A stretch of DNA of 64,000 nucleotides from an uncultured Verrucomicrobiae bacterium (GTDB lineage: Bacteria > Verrucomicrobiota > Verrucomicrobiia > Chthoniobacterales > UBA10450): assembly GCA_963756875.1 (NCBI GenBank), contig CAVWPA010000002.1, forward strand, positions 96,001 to 160,000, in the 5' to 3' direction. The position numbers and the translations under genes are program-made. The notes below the pieces were generated by a model. The model was given only the letters and a program-made list of their open reading frames with translations. It did not search any database and was not told the DNA's origin. Of this stretch, positions 18,600 through 28,008 are shown piece after piece; positions within the stretch are counted from its first letter, which is position 1; every line of letters begins with the position of its first letter.

Positions 18600-19001
18600 T
18601 CAAGTGATTTCGCCTTCTTGTTCCAGTTCTTCCCTTCGCGCCTCGACCATTTGATCGTGCTCGGCTTCTTCCAATCCGTCGTTCACCAGATGTTCGCCAA
18701 GCGTTTCTTCTTCCTCTGCTCCCGGTCGAGGGGCACGGTGACCCTTGGAACCGGCAACCACGTTCCATTCCTCGGTCACGTCTGCATTGCTGGGCGTTTC
18801 CTCCGGCGGGGTGTTAAATTCCGCGCCCATCAGCTCCTGTCGGGCCTGGTTCCAGTCCTGGTCCGTGAAATCGTCGGGGTTGCGCTCGTCGATTAACGCA
18901 ATTTCCCGGGCGCGTTTTTCTACTTCTTCCGGCGACGGCACGCCCATCCCGCTGCCATGCAGGAAAATTTTGCCGCTGGGCGGTTCTGATTGGTCGTTCA
19001 T
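18600..19001 (-). CDS. Acidic hypothetical protein
   Basis: Fills the gap upstream of egtB in the same orientation; EEVEKRAREIA...DWNQARQEL. Confidence 0.7.
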   Translation of the reverse strand: MNDQSEPPSGKIFLHGSGMGVPSPEEVEKRAREIALIDERNPDDFTDQDWNQARQELMGAEFNTPPEETPSNADVTEEWNVVAGSKGHRAPRPGAEEEETLGEHLVNDGLEEAEHDQMVEARREELEQEGEIT

Positions 19002-19066
19002 AATCGTTTAATACAAGAAAATAAGATGCAGAATGTGGAGGTAGTCGAGGAGATTTAGAAATTAAA

Positions 19067-19942
19067 GTGACGTCGGAAACGAGATCGGTTCCACTGAAAC
19101 GAGGCGGTCACCTTGCGTACGGCGAGTACGGCGTCCCCCAAGGGATTCCCACATTTTTTTTCCACGGCTGGCCCAGTTCGCGAACAATGGCCGAATTGAC
19201 GGATGCGGCGGCGCGCGATCTCGGTGTGCGAATCATTTCGCCCGATCGTCCCGGGATCTGCGAGTCGGCATTTCAAATGAATCGCATGTTGCTCGATTGG
19301 CCTGAGGTTTTGGAGACGTTGGCCGATCATTTGCAGATCGACCGGTTTCACTTGCTCGCGATCTCAGGCGGCGCGCCGTACGCTTATGCGAGCGCGTGGC
19401 GAATGCCGGAGCGCGTGCGTGCGATCGCAATCGTCAGCGGCGCTCCGCCGATTGCAGATCTGAGCGATCATAGTGGACTGCTGCCGCTTTATCGGCGCAT
19501 GCTGGCGCTGGATCGCAAGCATCCGAAACTATTGCGCACGCTTTTCTATATGGTGCGCCCATTCGCCATGTTTCGGATGCCATTTCGTTATATGCGAGTG
19601 CTCCTGAACATGTTGCAACCTTGCGACAGGGAAGCGTTGAGTGATTCGGTCGCGTTTGATGCATGTTTCGAAAGCCAGCGACGAGCATGGCGGGGGTCGG
19701 GTGAAGGTGTCTTGGCCGATGCGCAAATTTACGCCCAGCCGTGGGGTTTTCGATTGGAGGACGTCAAAGTGCCCGTCCGGCTTTGGCATGGGAAGCAGGA
19801 CCGCGCGTTTTCATTTCACGTCGCGGAGGAAGTCGCCGGGCGGCTGCCGAATTGCACAGCGCGTTACGTCGATAGCGAAGGCCATTACTCGTTGCCGATC
19901 CGCCACATGCACGAAATTCTGGCCGATTTGGTCGCCATATAA
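19067..19942 (+). CDS. Alpha/beta hydrolase
   Basis: FHGWPSSR, PDRPG, AISGG nucleophile elbow, WHGKQD and EGH. Confidence 0.9.
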   Translation: MTSETRSVPLKRGGHLAYGEYGVPQGIPTFFFHGWPSSRTMAELTDAAARDLGVRIISPDRPGICESAFQMNRMLLDWPEVLETLADHLQIDRFHLLAISGGAPYAYASAWRMPERVRAIAIVSGAPPIADLSDHSGLLPLYRRMLALDRKHPKLLRTLFYMVRPFAMFRMPFRYMRVLLNMLQPCDREALSDSVAFDACFESQRRAWRGSGEGVLADAQIYAQPWGFRLEDVKVPVRLWHGKQDRAFSFHVAEEVAGRLPNCTARYVDSEGHYSLPIRHMHEILADLVAI

Positions 19943-19981
19943 CTTGCCGCGGGTCATTTTAGCGCTCAGTGGCGATAGGAA

Positions 19982-21085
19982 TTGCAGCCGGCACAGCTCC
20001 CTCTACAGTTCGGCGTGGAAGATTTCACAGCAGGCGCGATTCAAGCGCAACCGGCCCGAAGACAATGGAGCGTCGAACCGCCGTTCGATGCGCGTATTCA
20101 GGAATTGGTGCGTGAATGGGGAGCGGAAACGCCCGAACTGATCGAAGAAATCATCGTGACTGCGTTAAAAATGGCGCGGGACGAGATGAGCGTGGCGGAC
20201 CTGAAGCTGATCAACCGTTCGGTAAAGGAGATGCGGTACGCGGCCAAGGTTTTCGCGCCCTATGCCCACTTTCGGAAAGTGGCGATCTTTGGATCGGCAA
20301 GAATTCCCCCCGAAGCGCCGGAGTTCCGGGTGGCGGAAGATTTCGCGCGGGAGATGGTCGCGCACAATTACATGATCATTACCGGCGGCGGTGATGGAAT
20401 CATGGGCGCGGCGCAGCGCGGCGCCGGTCGCGATCGCAGTTTCGGCCTGAACATCCGGCTGCCGTTCGAACAGCGGGCGAACGAAGTGATCGATGGCGAT
20501 CGAAAGCTGATCAACTTCAATTATTTTTTCACACGCAAACTGAATTTTGTGAAAGAGACCCATGCCTTCGCGCTCTTTCCCGGCGGCTTCGGGACGATGG
20601 ATGAGACATTCGAAGCGCTCACTTTGATGCAGACGGGCAAGGCGCGCGTTATTCCGGTCGTGCTGCTCGACCAACCGAACGGACATTACTGGAAAACATG
20701 GATGAAATTTGTTACCGAGCATTTGCTGAAGTTAAATCTGGTTTCTCCGGAGGATTTTTCCCTGTTCAAGACCGCCAATAGCGTGAACGAAGCGGTGGAA
20801 GAAATCCTGCGATTTTACCGTATTTATCACTCTTCGCGCTGGGTGGGCCAGCAGCTCGTTATTCGCATCAACGAGCCGTTGGCAAATAAAGCGGTTGCAG
20901 CTCTGAATGAAAACTTCTCAGACTTCCTTCGCAAAGGCCGGATCGTGCAGAGCGGCGCATTGCCTCAAGAGGAGAACGAACCTGAGATATTGAATTTGCC
21001 GCGACTTGTTTTCACGCCGCATCGGTCGAGGTTTGGGCGTTTGCGGCAGTTAATCGACGCGATCAATTCGTCCTCTCAAGCCTAA
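19982..21085 (+). CDS. LOG-family (TIGR00730) nucleotide-binding protein
   Basis: IFGSAR, ITGGGDGIMGA, YFFTRKLNF and FPGGFGTMDE; true start may be slightly downstream. Confidence 0.9.
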   Translation: MQPAQLPLQFGVEDFTAGAIQAQPARRQWSVEPPFDARIQELVREWGAETPELIEEIIVTALKMARDEMSVADLKLINRSVKEMRYAAKVFAPYAHFRKVAIFGSARIPPEAPEFRVAEDFAREMVAHNYMIITGGGDGIMGAAQRGAGRDRSFGLNIRLPFEQRANEVIDGDRKLINFNYFFTRKLNFVKETHAFALFPGGFGTMDETFEALTLMQTGKARVIPVVLLDQPNGHYWKTWMKFVTEHLLKLNLVSPEDFSLFKTANSVNEAVEEILRFYRIYHSSRWVGQQLVIRINEPLANKAVAALNENFSDFLRKGRIVQSGALPQEENEPEILNLPRLVFTPHRSRFGRLRQLIDAINSSSQA

Positions 21086-21102
21086 TCGGATCAATTCTCG
21101 CC

Positions 21103-21217
21103 TGTCATCCCGAACGGAGTGAGGGACCTCACCCAAGGCGACGGATACGCTAGCGGCCGCTAGTATGACCTTTCACGCAATGAGGGGTTCCTCGCCGTCT
21201 TCGCGGCTCGGGATGAC
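21103..21217. repeat. GTCAT-type palindromic doublet
   Basis: TGTCATCCCGAACGGAGTGAGGGACCTC ... GGTTCCTCGCCGTCTTCGCGGCTCGGGATGAC. Confidence 0.8.
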
Positions 21218-21306
21218 CGCGTCAACGCGTCGACGTTCGTTGCCATATGACCGGTGCGATGGTCGCGCGCCGCGCCTTGCCAAAAACTTAATGCCGACCT
21301 GGCGCC

Positions 21307-21582
21307 TCAGTTCTGATCGAGTGCCGCGCGTTTCTCGAGAATGTAATCGTGTATCGTGTTGACCGTCTGCAACGCTTTGCCCGCGACTTCGGAATTGGGC
21401 ACGCTGACTCCGAACGTTTTTTCCATGCTCACGGCAATTTCCAAGGCGTCAATCGAATCGAGGCCGAGGCCGTTTGGGCCGAAAAGCGGCAGATCGTCTC
21501 CGATCTGATCCGCGGTGGTTTGCAGCATCAAATTTTTGACCAGCATCTCTTTGATGCGCGCGCGTAGGTCGGAGTCGGACAT
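21307..21582 (-). CDS. Acyl carrier protein
   Basis: GLGLDSIDALE phosphopantetheine site. Confidence 0.9.
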   Translation of the reverse strand: MSDSDLRARIKEMLVKNLMLQTTADQIGDDLPLFGPNGLGLDSIDALEIAVSMEKTFGVSVPNSEVAGKALQTVNTIHDYILEKRAALDQN

Positions 21583-21696
21583 AAAACGAATGCGGAAATT
21601 GCCGCATCAAATCGAACAGGTCAATCGAAACAGATGAGGAAACCGATCGCCCAGTGCTCTGGCCAATTTTTTCTTTGCGTCCCGCAGAGCCCGCGG

Positions 21697-22023
21697 CTAC
21701 GCCTGACCGGCCGTGTCGCTGGGGGCGGCCGTTTGGGTTGGATTGGCCTGCGGCGCATCGCTGGCCGAGGAATTGTCGATTCGCGGGACGGTTGATTGGG
21801 CGGGTTGCGCAGTCGGTTTAGCGGCAGTGGTGTCGGTTTGGCCTGCCTTGTGCAGTTCGTCCGTGAACTCATCCTTGGCCTTTTGGAACTCACGAATGGC
21901 CTGGCCCATTCCCCGCGCCAGCTCGGGCAACTTCTTGGCGCCGAAGAGCAGCAAAATGACCAGGAGAATGAGAAACAAATCCCCTCCCGAGAAGAGGTTC
22001 GTTAGGCTGGCAACCAGGCTCAT
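21697..22023 (-). CDS. tatA: Twin-arginine translocase TatA/E
   Basis: LLLFGAKKLPELARGMGQAIREFQK. Confidence 0.92.
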   Translation of the reverse strand: MSLVASLTNLFSGGDLFLILLVILLLFGAKKLPELARGMGQAIREFQKAKDEFTDELHKAGQTDTTAAKPTAQPAQSTVPRIDNSSASDAPQANPTQTAAPSDTAGQA

Positions 22024-22084
22024 ATACAGCTGAAAAGATCAGGCCGTTTCCGCAAGTTGCAAGGCATTTTCCAGGAACCATCCC

Positions 22085-22198
22085 TGTAGACGCTTAGATC
22101 TGCGCCGTCGCCGAACCCCAAAAGCTTTCGGGGAAGGAGACTGCCAGGCGTCTGTGCCAGCCCCGAAAGCATTCGGGGTTCACAGAAACGCCCTACAA
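22085..22198. repeat. Composite REP with two CCCCRAAAGC-TTCGGGG modules
   Basis: TGTAG...CCCTACAA ends; matches 10791-10846. Confidence 0.75.
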
Positions 22199-22254
22199 TG
22201 CTGCAATCAGCGGATCCAACGAGTCCTGGCCTGTCCACTTCTGCATCCGGCATG

Positions 22255-23676
22255 TCACACGTCGTAATACATGCTGAATTCGTACGGGTGCGGCCTCAGG
22301 CGCAAGGCATCGTATTCCTTCTGTTTCATGTCGATCCAGTTGGCGATGAAGTCGGCGTTGAAGACGTCGCCGCGCAGCAGGAAGGAATGATCGTTGCGCA
22401 GGGCTTCGATTGCGCCGCTGAGCGAATCGGGCACGCTGGCGATTTGCGCGAGCTCTTCCGGCGGGAGTTCGTAAAGGTTCTTGTCCAACGGATCGCCGGG
22501 GTCGATTCGATTCTGGACTCCATCGAGGCCAGCGAGGAGCATCGCGGAAAACGCGAGATACGGATTGGCTGCCGCGTCCGGTGTGCGGAACTCGATTCGT
22601 TTTGCTTTGGGGCTGGGCGAATAAGTCGGGATGCGAATTGCAGCGGACCGGTTGCGCGCGGAGTACGCCAGATTGACCGGCGCTTCGAATCCGGGCACGA
22701 GGCGTTTGTAGCTGTTCGTGATCGGGTTCGTCAGGCAGGTCAGCGCGGGCGCGTGTTTCAAAATTCCGCCGATAAAAAAGAGCGCCATGTCGCTTAACCC
22801 GGCGTAGCCGTTTCCGGCGAAAAGCGGCTTATCGCCGTTCCAGAGAGATATGTGGGTGTGCATGCCCGAGCCGTTATCGCCGAAGAGCGGCTTGGGCATG
22901 AAGGTTACGCTTTTGTTATGTTTTTTGCCGACGTTGCGCAGGATGTATTTGTAATACTGCAAATTGTCGGCCATGCGTTTGAGCGGCGCGAAACGGATAT
23001 CGATTTCGGCCTGGCCGGCGGTGGCGACTTCGTGGTGCTGACGTTCGATGGGTATGCCGGCGCGCTCCAGCTCCAGGCACATCTCGTTGCGTATGTCCTG
23101 CAAACTGTCCAGTGGCGCAGCCGGGAAGTAACCTTCCTTTGCGCGGATTTTATAACCAAGGTTTGGAAATTCCTCGCGCGCGCTGTTCCAATGCCCCTCG
23201 ACGCTGTCGACGTGATGGAATGACGAGTTGCCGTTGTAACTGAAACGCACGTCGTCAAAAATGAAAAACTCCGCTTCCGGCCCGAAGAACGCCGTGTCCG
23301 CGATACCGGTGCTTTTCAAATAAGCCTCCGCTTTTTCGGCAACGCCGCGGGGGTCGCGATCGTAAGGCTCGCGGGTGATTGGATCGACAATCGTGCAGAT
23401 GAGGCTCAGCGTCGGTTCGGCGTTGAAGATGTCGATCCACGCGGTCGACGCATCGGGAATAACGAGCATGTCCGAGGCGTTGATCACTCTCCAGCCGCGG
23501 ATACTGGAACCGTCGAATCCGAGACCGTCTGTAAAGATTTCCTCGTTGTATTCGGTCAGTGTGGTCGTGAAATGCTGCCAGGCGCCGAGAAGGTCCGTGA
23601 ACTTGAAGTCGATCAATTTCACGTTGTGGTCTTTGATCAATTTACTGACGTCAGATGGGGTTTTGTCTTTAGCCAT
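22255..23676 (-). CDS. glnA: Glutamine synthetase type I
   Basis: [33 protein letters not shown] and NLYELPPE adenylylation loop. Confidence 0.98.
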   Translation of the reverse strand: MAKDKTPSDVSKLIKDHNVKLIDFKFTDLLGAWQHFTTTLTEYNEEIFTDGLGFDGSSIRGWRVINASDMLVIPDASTAWIDIFNAEPTLSLICTIVDPITREPYDRDPRGVAEKAEAYLKSTGIADTAFFGPEAEFFIFDDVRFSYNGNSSFHHVDSVEGHWNSAREEFPNLGYKIRAKEGYFPAAPLDSLQDIRNEMCLELERAGIPIERQHHEVATAGQAEIDIRFAPLKRMADNLQYYKYILRNVGKKHNKSVTFMPKPLFGDNGSGMHTHISLWNGDKPLFAGNGYAGLSDMALFFIGGILKHAPALTCLTNPITNSYKRLVPGFEAPVNLAYSARNRSAAIRIPTYSPSPKAKRIEFRTPDAAANPYLAFSAMLLAGLDGVQNRIDPGDPLDKNLYELPPEELAQIASVPDSLSGAIEALRNDHSFLLRGDVFNADFIANWIDMKQKEYDALRLRPHPYEFSMYYDV

Positions 23677-23719
23677 GGGGTTTTGAGTCGCGGGTTGCTG
23701 ATTGAGAACTTGGAAACAA

Positions 23720-23845
23720 GAAATGACGAAATCCGAATGGCGAATGCCGAAAGAATGACTGAATGACGAATAGCGCGGTGGCGCGGAATTGCGTCATTCG
23801 AATTTGGTCATTGGTTCTGGCTTCGCAATTCGAGCTTCGTCACTA
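23720..23845. repeat. Inverted heptamer repeats (GAATGAC-like)
   Basis: GAAATCC GAATGGC GAATGCC ... GTCATTC GAATTT GGTCATT; similar array at 31775-31870. Confidence 0.75.
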
Positions 23846-23855
23846 AAGTCACACG

Positions 23856-24230
<375 letters not shown>

Positions 24231-24428
24231 TCAAAAGCTGAGCGCAGCACGCGCTCTCTTAGCAATGTCCCGTTGCAAATGCAATCACGATTTTTTGCAA
24301 AAGCTTCTGTCATCCTGAGCGGGGTGAAGGACTTCGCAGTCGAAGCACCGGCTTCCGGCGAAGCCGAGACCGCGCAAGGTGTTTGTGTGAGGTTCCGTCC
24401 TGCCTGCTTGCTCGCTCGCCTCGTAAAT

Positions 24429-24459
24429 TTGACGCCGCCCCCTTGACCGGTTTTATAAT
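24429..24459 (+). promoter_or_regulatory. Putative sigma70 promoter for leaderless dnaE
   Basis: TTGACG-19 bp-TATAAT, 6 bp before ATG; spacer is long. Confidence 0.5.
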
Positions 24460-24465
24460 CGTTCA

Positions 24466-27400
24466 ATGCCCCGCGACTCGTTCGTCCACCTGCACCTGCA
24501 TACCGAGTACTCGCTGCTCGACGGTGCGATTCGGATGAAGCAGCTGATGAAAAAGGCGGCGGAATTCAAGATGCCGGCGGTGGCGATGACCGATCACGGC
24601 AATCTTTTCGGGGCGATTGAATTTTATCAGGAAGCGAAGCGCGCGGGCATCAAGCCGATCATCGGTTGCGAGGCTTATATCGCGCCCGGTTCGCACCGGG
24701 AGCATGCCAACTCGCGGCGAGGCGCGGCTTATCATTTCACTTTGCTGGCGCAAGACGAGACCGGCTATCGAAACCTGGTCAAGTTGATCACGACTGCGCA
24801 TCTCGATGGATTTCATTACGCGCCGAGGATCGACAAGGAGCTTCTCGCCCAGCACTCGAAGGGACTGATCGGTCTGAGCGGTTGTCTTGCCGGCGAGATC
24901 AATTCGGCGATTCAATCGAATAATCTCGAGAAGGCGAAGCAGGCCGCGGCCCAGTATCGCGACATCCTGGGCCCTGAAAATTTCTTTATCGAACTGCACA
25001 ACCACGGCCTGGAGGAGCAGCAATGGTGCAACGCCGTCCTGCCGAAAATTGCGAAGGACCTGGGCCTCGGACTGGTTGCGGCGAACGACGTTCATTTTCT
25101 CCGGCGGAGCGATCATGACGCGCACGATGTCATGCTTTGCATCGGCACCGGCAAGATGGTGCAGGACGAACACCGGATGCACTACGCGCCGGAACTTTAC
25201 TTCAAATCGCCTGCGGAAATGCAGGAGTTGTTTCGCGATTTTCCGGAAGCGCTGACCAATACGCTTGAGATCGCCGAGCGTTGTAATCTCACGATCGAAT
25301 TCGGCAAGTCGAAGTATCCGCAGTATCCGGCTCCGGAAGGCAAAACGCGGGAGGGCTACCTGCGCGACCTTTGTTGCCGGGGTTTGGAGGAACGCTACGG
25401 TGAACGCGCGCGGAACGACGATCATCTTCGGCAACGTCTCGATTACGAACTGAGCGTGCTCGAAAAAACCGGTTTCGTCAGTTACATCCTGATCGTCTGG
25501 GATTTCATCCGCTTTGCGAAGGACAGAAAAATCCCGGTTGGACCGGGGCGCGGTTCCGCGGCGGGATCGCTGGTGGCCTATGTGCTTGGGATCACGGACA
25601 TCGATCCGCTGCAATATGGGCTCATCTTCGAACGCTTTCTGAATCCGGACCGCGTTTCGCCCCCGGATATCGATGTCGATTTTTGCGAAACCCGCCGCAG
25701 CGAAGTCCTTGAGTACGTTCGCCAAAAATACGGCGAACGCCGGGTCGCGCAGATCATCACGTTTGGAAAATTGAAGGCCAAGAGCGTGGTGCGCGACGTG
25801 GGCCGTGTCATGGGCCTGAGTTATCGCGACGCCGACCGCATCGCGAAGATGATTCCAAACGAACTGAATATCACGCTCGAGTCCGCCGCGAAAAAAAATG
25901 TGGAACTGGAGCGTGCGATCGCGAATGAGCCGCAAACGAAGCAACTTTTCGAATACGGAAAAACGCTGGAAGGCTTGTCGCGCAATGCCGGCGTTCATGC
26001 GGCCGGTGTCGTGATCGCCGATCGCGACCTGACGGATTACATCCCGCTTTGCCGCGACGTCAAAGGCAACGACGTCATCAGCCAGTATTCGATGGGGCCG
26101 CTCAACGATCTCGGGTTGCTGAAAATGGATTTTCTGGGGCTAAAAACGCTCACTGTAATCGAAGACACACTCACGTTGATTCGCGAGCACGAGGCCGATT
26201 TTTCGCTCAAAGGCATTCCGCTCGACGATGCGGCTTCCTTCGGGCTCTACAATCGCGGCGAGACCACCGGACTGTTCCAGATGGAATCAGGCGGCATGAC
26301 TTCGGTTTCCAAGCAATTCGACGTCGGGAAAATCGATGACATCATTGCGCTGATTGCGCTTTATCGTCCCGGCCCCATGGATCTCATCGGCGACTATATC
26401 CAGCGCAAGAAAGGCCTCACAAAAATCCGGTACGAGCATCCCTTGCTGGAAGAAATTTGTGCCGATACCTGCGGCGTGATGATTTATCAGGAACAAGTAA
26501 TGGCGGCCGCCAGCAAGCTGGGCGGCTACTCACTCGCGCAAGCCGATCTTCTTCGCCGGGCGATGGGGAAGAAAGACAAGGAAAAGATGGCGAAAGAGCG
26601 CAAGAATTTCATCGAAGGCTGCGCGCGCACGAACAAGATCCCTGAAAAAAAGGCGAATGCGATTTTCGATTTGCTCGAGAAATTCGCCGGGTACGGATTC
26701 AATAAGAGCCACAGCGCGGCGTACGGACTGATCAGCTACCAGACTGCGTATTTGAAGGCGCATTTTCCGGTCGAGTTCATGGCCGGTTTGCTCAGCAACG
26801 AAATCAGCAACACCGAAAAAATTTCGGTGTTCGTCGCCGAATGCAAACGGATGGGCATCTCGATCCTGGCGCCGGACATCAATCGAAGCGGGTTGAAGTT
26901 TGTTCCGGAAAAACGTGGCGCCTGCATCCTCCCCGTGAAACCGGAAGATCATCGGCAAGATGCCGATGCCACATTCAATGCGATTCGTTACGGGCTGGCC
27001 GCGATCAAGAACGTTGGCCAGGCGGCGATGGAAATGTCGATCCAGGAACGCGAACGGGGAGGGGATTACACGTCGCTGGAAGATTTTTGCGGGCGGCTCG
27101 GAACGCGCGTCGCGAACCGCAAAATGCTGGAGAGCCTGATCAAAGCGGGCGCATTCGATTTTCTCGGACGCGATCGCGCGGAACTTTCCGCCTGTATCGA
27201 CGAAGCACTGGCGGCCGCGGCGGCAGCCCATCGCGATCGAGCCGCGGGCCAGGTCTCATTGTTCGACGAAGCGATGCATGCGGCGACAACGACCACGCGC
27301 AAGCAGGTGAAACCGTGGAGCGATCATGAAAAGCTCTCTTACGAGAAAGAGCTGCTCGGGTTTTACGTGAGCGGCCATCCGCTCGATGCTTATGCCGATC

Positions 27401-28008
27401 TTCTCGCGGCGAAAAATTATCAATCGGTCGGTTCGTTAGGTGAGCTGAGCGATCGCGCGCTCTTCAAGACCGCCGGCGCCATCGCCCAGGTCGACAAAAA
27501 GTTTACGCGAAGGGATGGCAAACCGTTCGCGGTCATGTGGCTCGAAGACTTGAGCGGCACGCTTGAGGTAGTGGTTTGGAACGATCTTTACGTGAAGGTT
27601 GCGGAGACGCTTGCGCCCGGACGCGTCGTGGAAGTACAGGGAACAATCGACGCACGCGGCGACTCGCTGCGCGCAACGGCGCAACGGGTGAAGGTGCTCA
27701 GCTCGGAAAGACCAAACGGATCGGCTCGCGGGAATGGAGAGTCGGCGAGTGGGTCGAAGGAATCGGTCGTGCTTCTGCAATTTTCGCCCGCGGCCACCGG
27801 CGATGAGCTGCGCGAGGTGCGCGAAATTCTGGCGAGTTCTCCGGGAGATCGTCGCGTGCAATTGCTGTTTGCGCGCGCCGGCGACGATCCGCTGCGGGTC
27901 GACGCCGGTGATGACGTTCGAGTGGATTTGACGCGTGACCTTGAAGCGAAGCTCGCCCGCTGGCTGGTAAGTACCAAGTCGGAGCGGCGCAGCGCAATGA
28001 ACGCCTAA
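24466..28008 (+). CDS. dnaE: DNA polymerase III alpha subunit
   Basis: HLHLHTEYSLLDG PHP domain, GPGRGSAAGS, PDIDVDF and GYGFNKSH. Confidence 0.98.
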   Translation: MPRDSFVHLHLHTEYSLLDGAIRMKQLMKKAAEFKMPAVAMTDHGNLFGAIEFYQEAKRAGIKPIIGCEAYIAPGSHREHANSRRGAAYHFTLLAQDETGYRNLVKLITTAHLDGFHYAPRIDKELLAQHSKGLIGLSGCLAGEINSAIQSNNLEKAKQAAAQYRDILGPENFFIELHNHGLEEQQWCNAVLPKIAKDLGLGLVAANDVHFLRRSDHDAHDVMLCIGTGKMVQDEHRMHYAPELYFKSPAEMQELFRDFPEALTNTLEIAERCNLTIEFGKSKYPQYPAPEGKTREGYLRDLCCRGLEERYGERARNDDHLRQRLDYELSVLEKTGFVSYILIVWDFIRFAKDRKIPVGPGRGSAAGSLVAYVLGITDIDPLQYGLIFERFLNPDRVSPPDIDVDFCETRRSEVLEYVRQKYGERRVAQIITFGKLKAKSVVRDVGRVMGLSYRDADRIAKMIPNELNITLESAAKKNVELERAIANEPQTKQLFEYGKTLEGLSRNAGVHAAGVVIADRDLTDYIPLCRDVKGNDVISQYSMGPLNDLGLLKMDFLGLKTLTVIEDTLTLIREHEADFSLKGIPLDDAASFGLYNRGETTGLFQMESGGMTSVSKQFDVGKIDDIIALIALYRPGPMDLIGDYIQRKKGLTKIRYEHPLLEEICADTCGVMIYQEQVMAAASKLGGYSLAQADLLRRAMGKKDKEKMAKERKNFIEGCARTNKIPEKKANAIFDLLEKFAGYGFNKSHSAAYGLISYQTAYLKAHFPVEFMAGLLSNEISNTEKISVFVAECKRMGISILAPDINRSGLKFVPEKRGACILPVKPEDHRQDADATFNAIRYGLAAIKNVGQAAMEMSIQERERGGDYTSLEDFCGRLGTRVANRKMLESLIKAGAFDFLGRDRAELSACIDEALAAAAAAHRDRAAGQVSLFDEAMHAATTTTRKQVKPWSDHEKLSYEKELLGFYVSGHPLDAYADLLAAKNYQSVGSLGELSDRALFKTAGAIAQVDKKFTRRDGKPFAVMWLEDLSGTLEVVVWNDLYVKVAETLAPGRVVEVQGTIDARGDSLRATAQRVKVLSSERPNGSARGNGESASGSKESVVLLQFSPAATGDELREVREILASSPGDRRVQLLFARAGDDPLRVDAGDDVRVDLTRDLEAKLARWLVSTKSERRSAMNA
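26915..26972. repeat. GTGGC-type REP doublet in-frame inside dnaE
   Basis: GTGGCGCCTGCATCCTCCCCGTG ... CATCGGCAAGATGCCGATGCCAC. Confidence 0.75.

Noticed and set aside
24463..25998. 511-aa minus-strand ORF opposite dnaE (also 11325-12200, 12697-13713, 46830-48017, 58037-58918)
   Set aside because: Antisense shadows of well-supported genes, expected from codon bias in a GC-rich genome; no recognisable motifs
26915..26972. Intein in DnaE
   Set aside because: Only about 20 aa, with no C-terminal HN/C splice motif; it is a DNA palindrome
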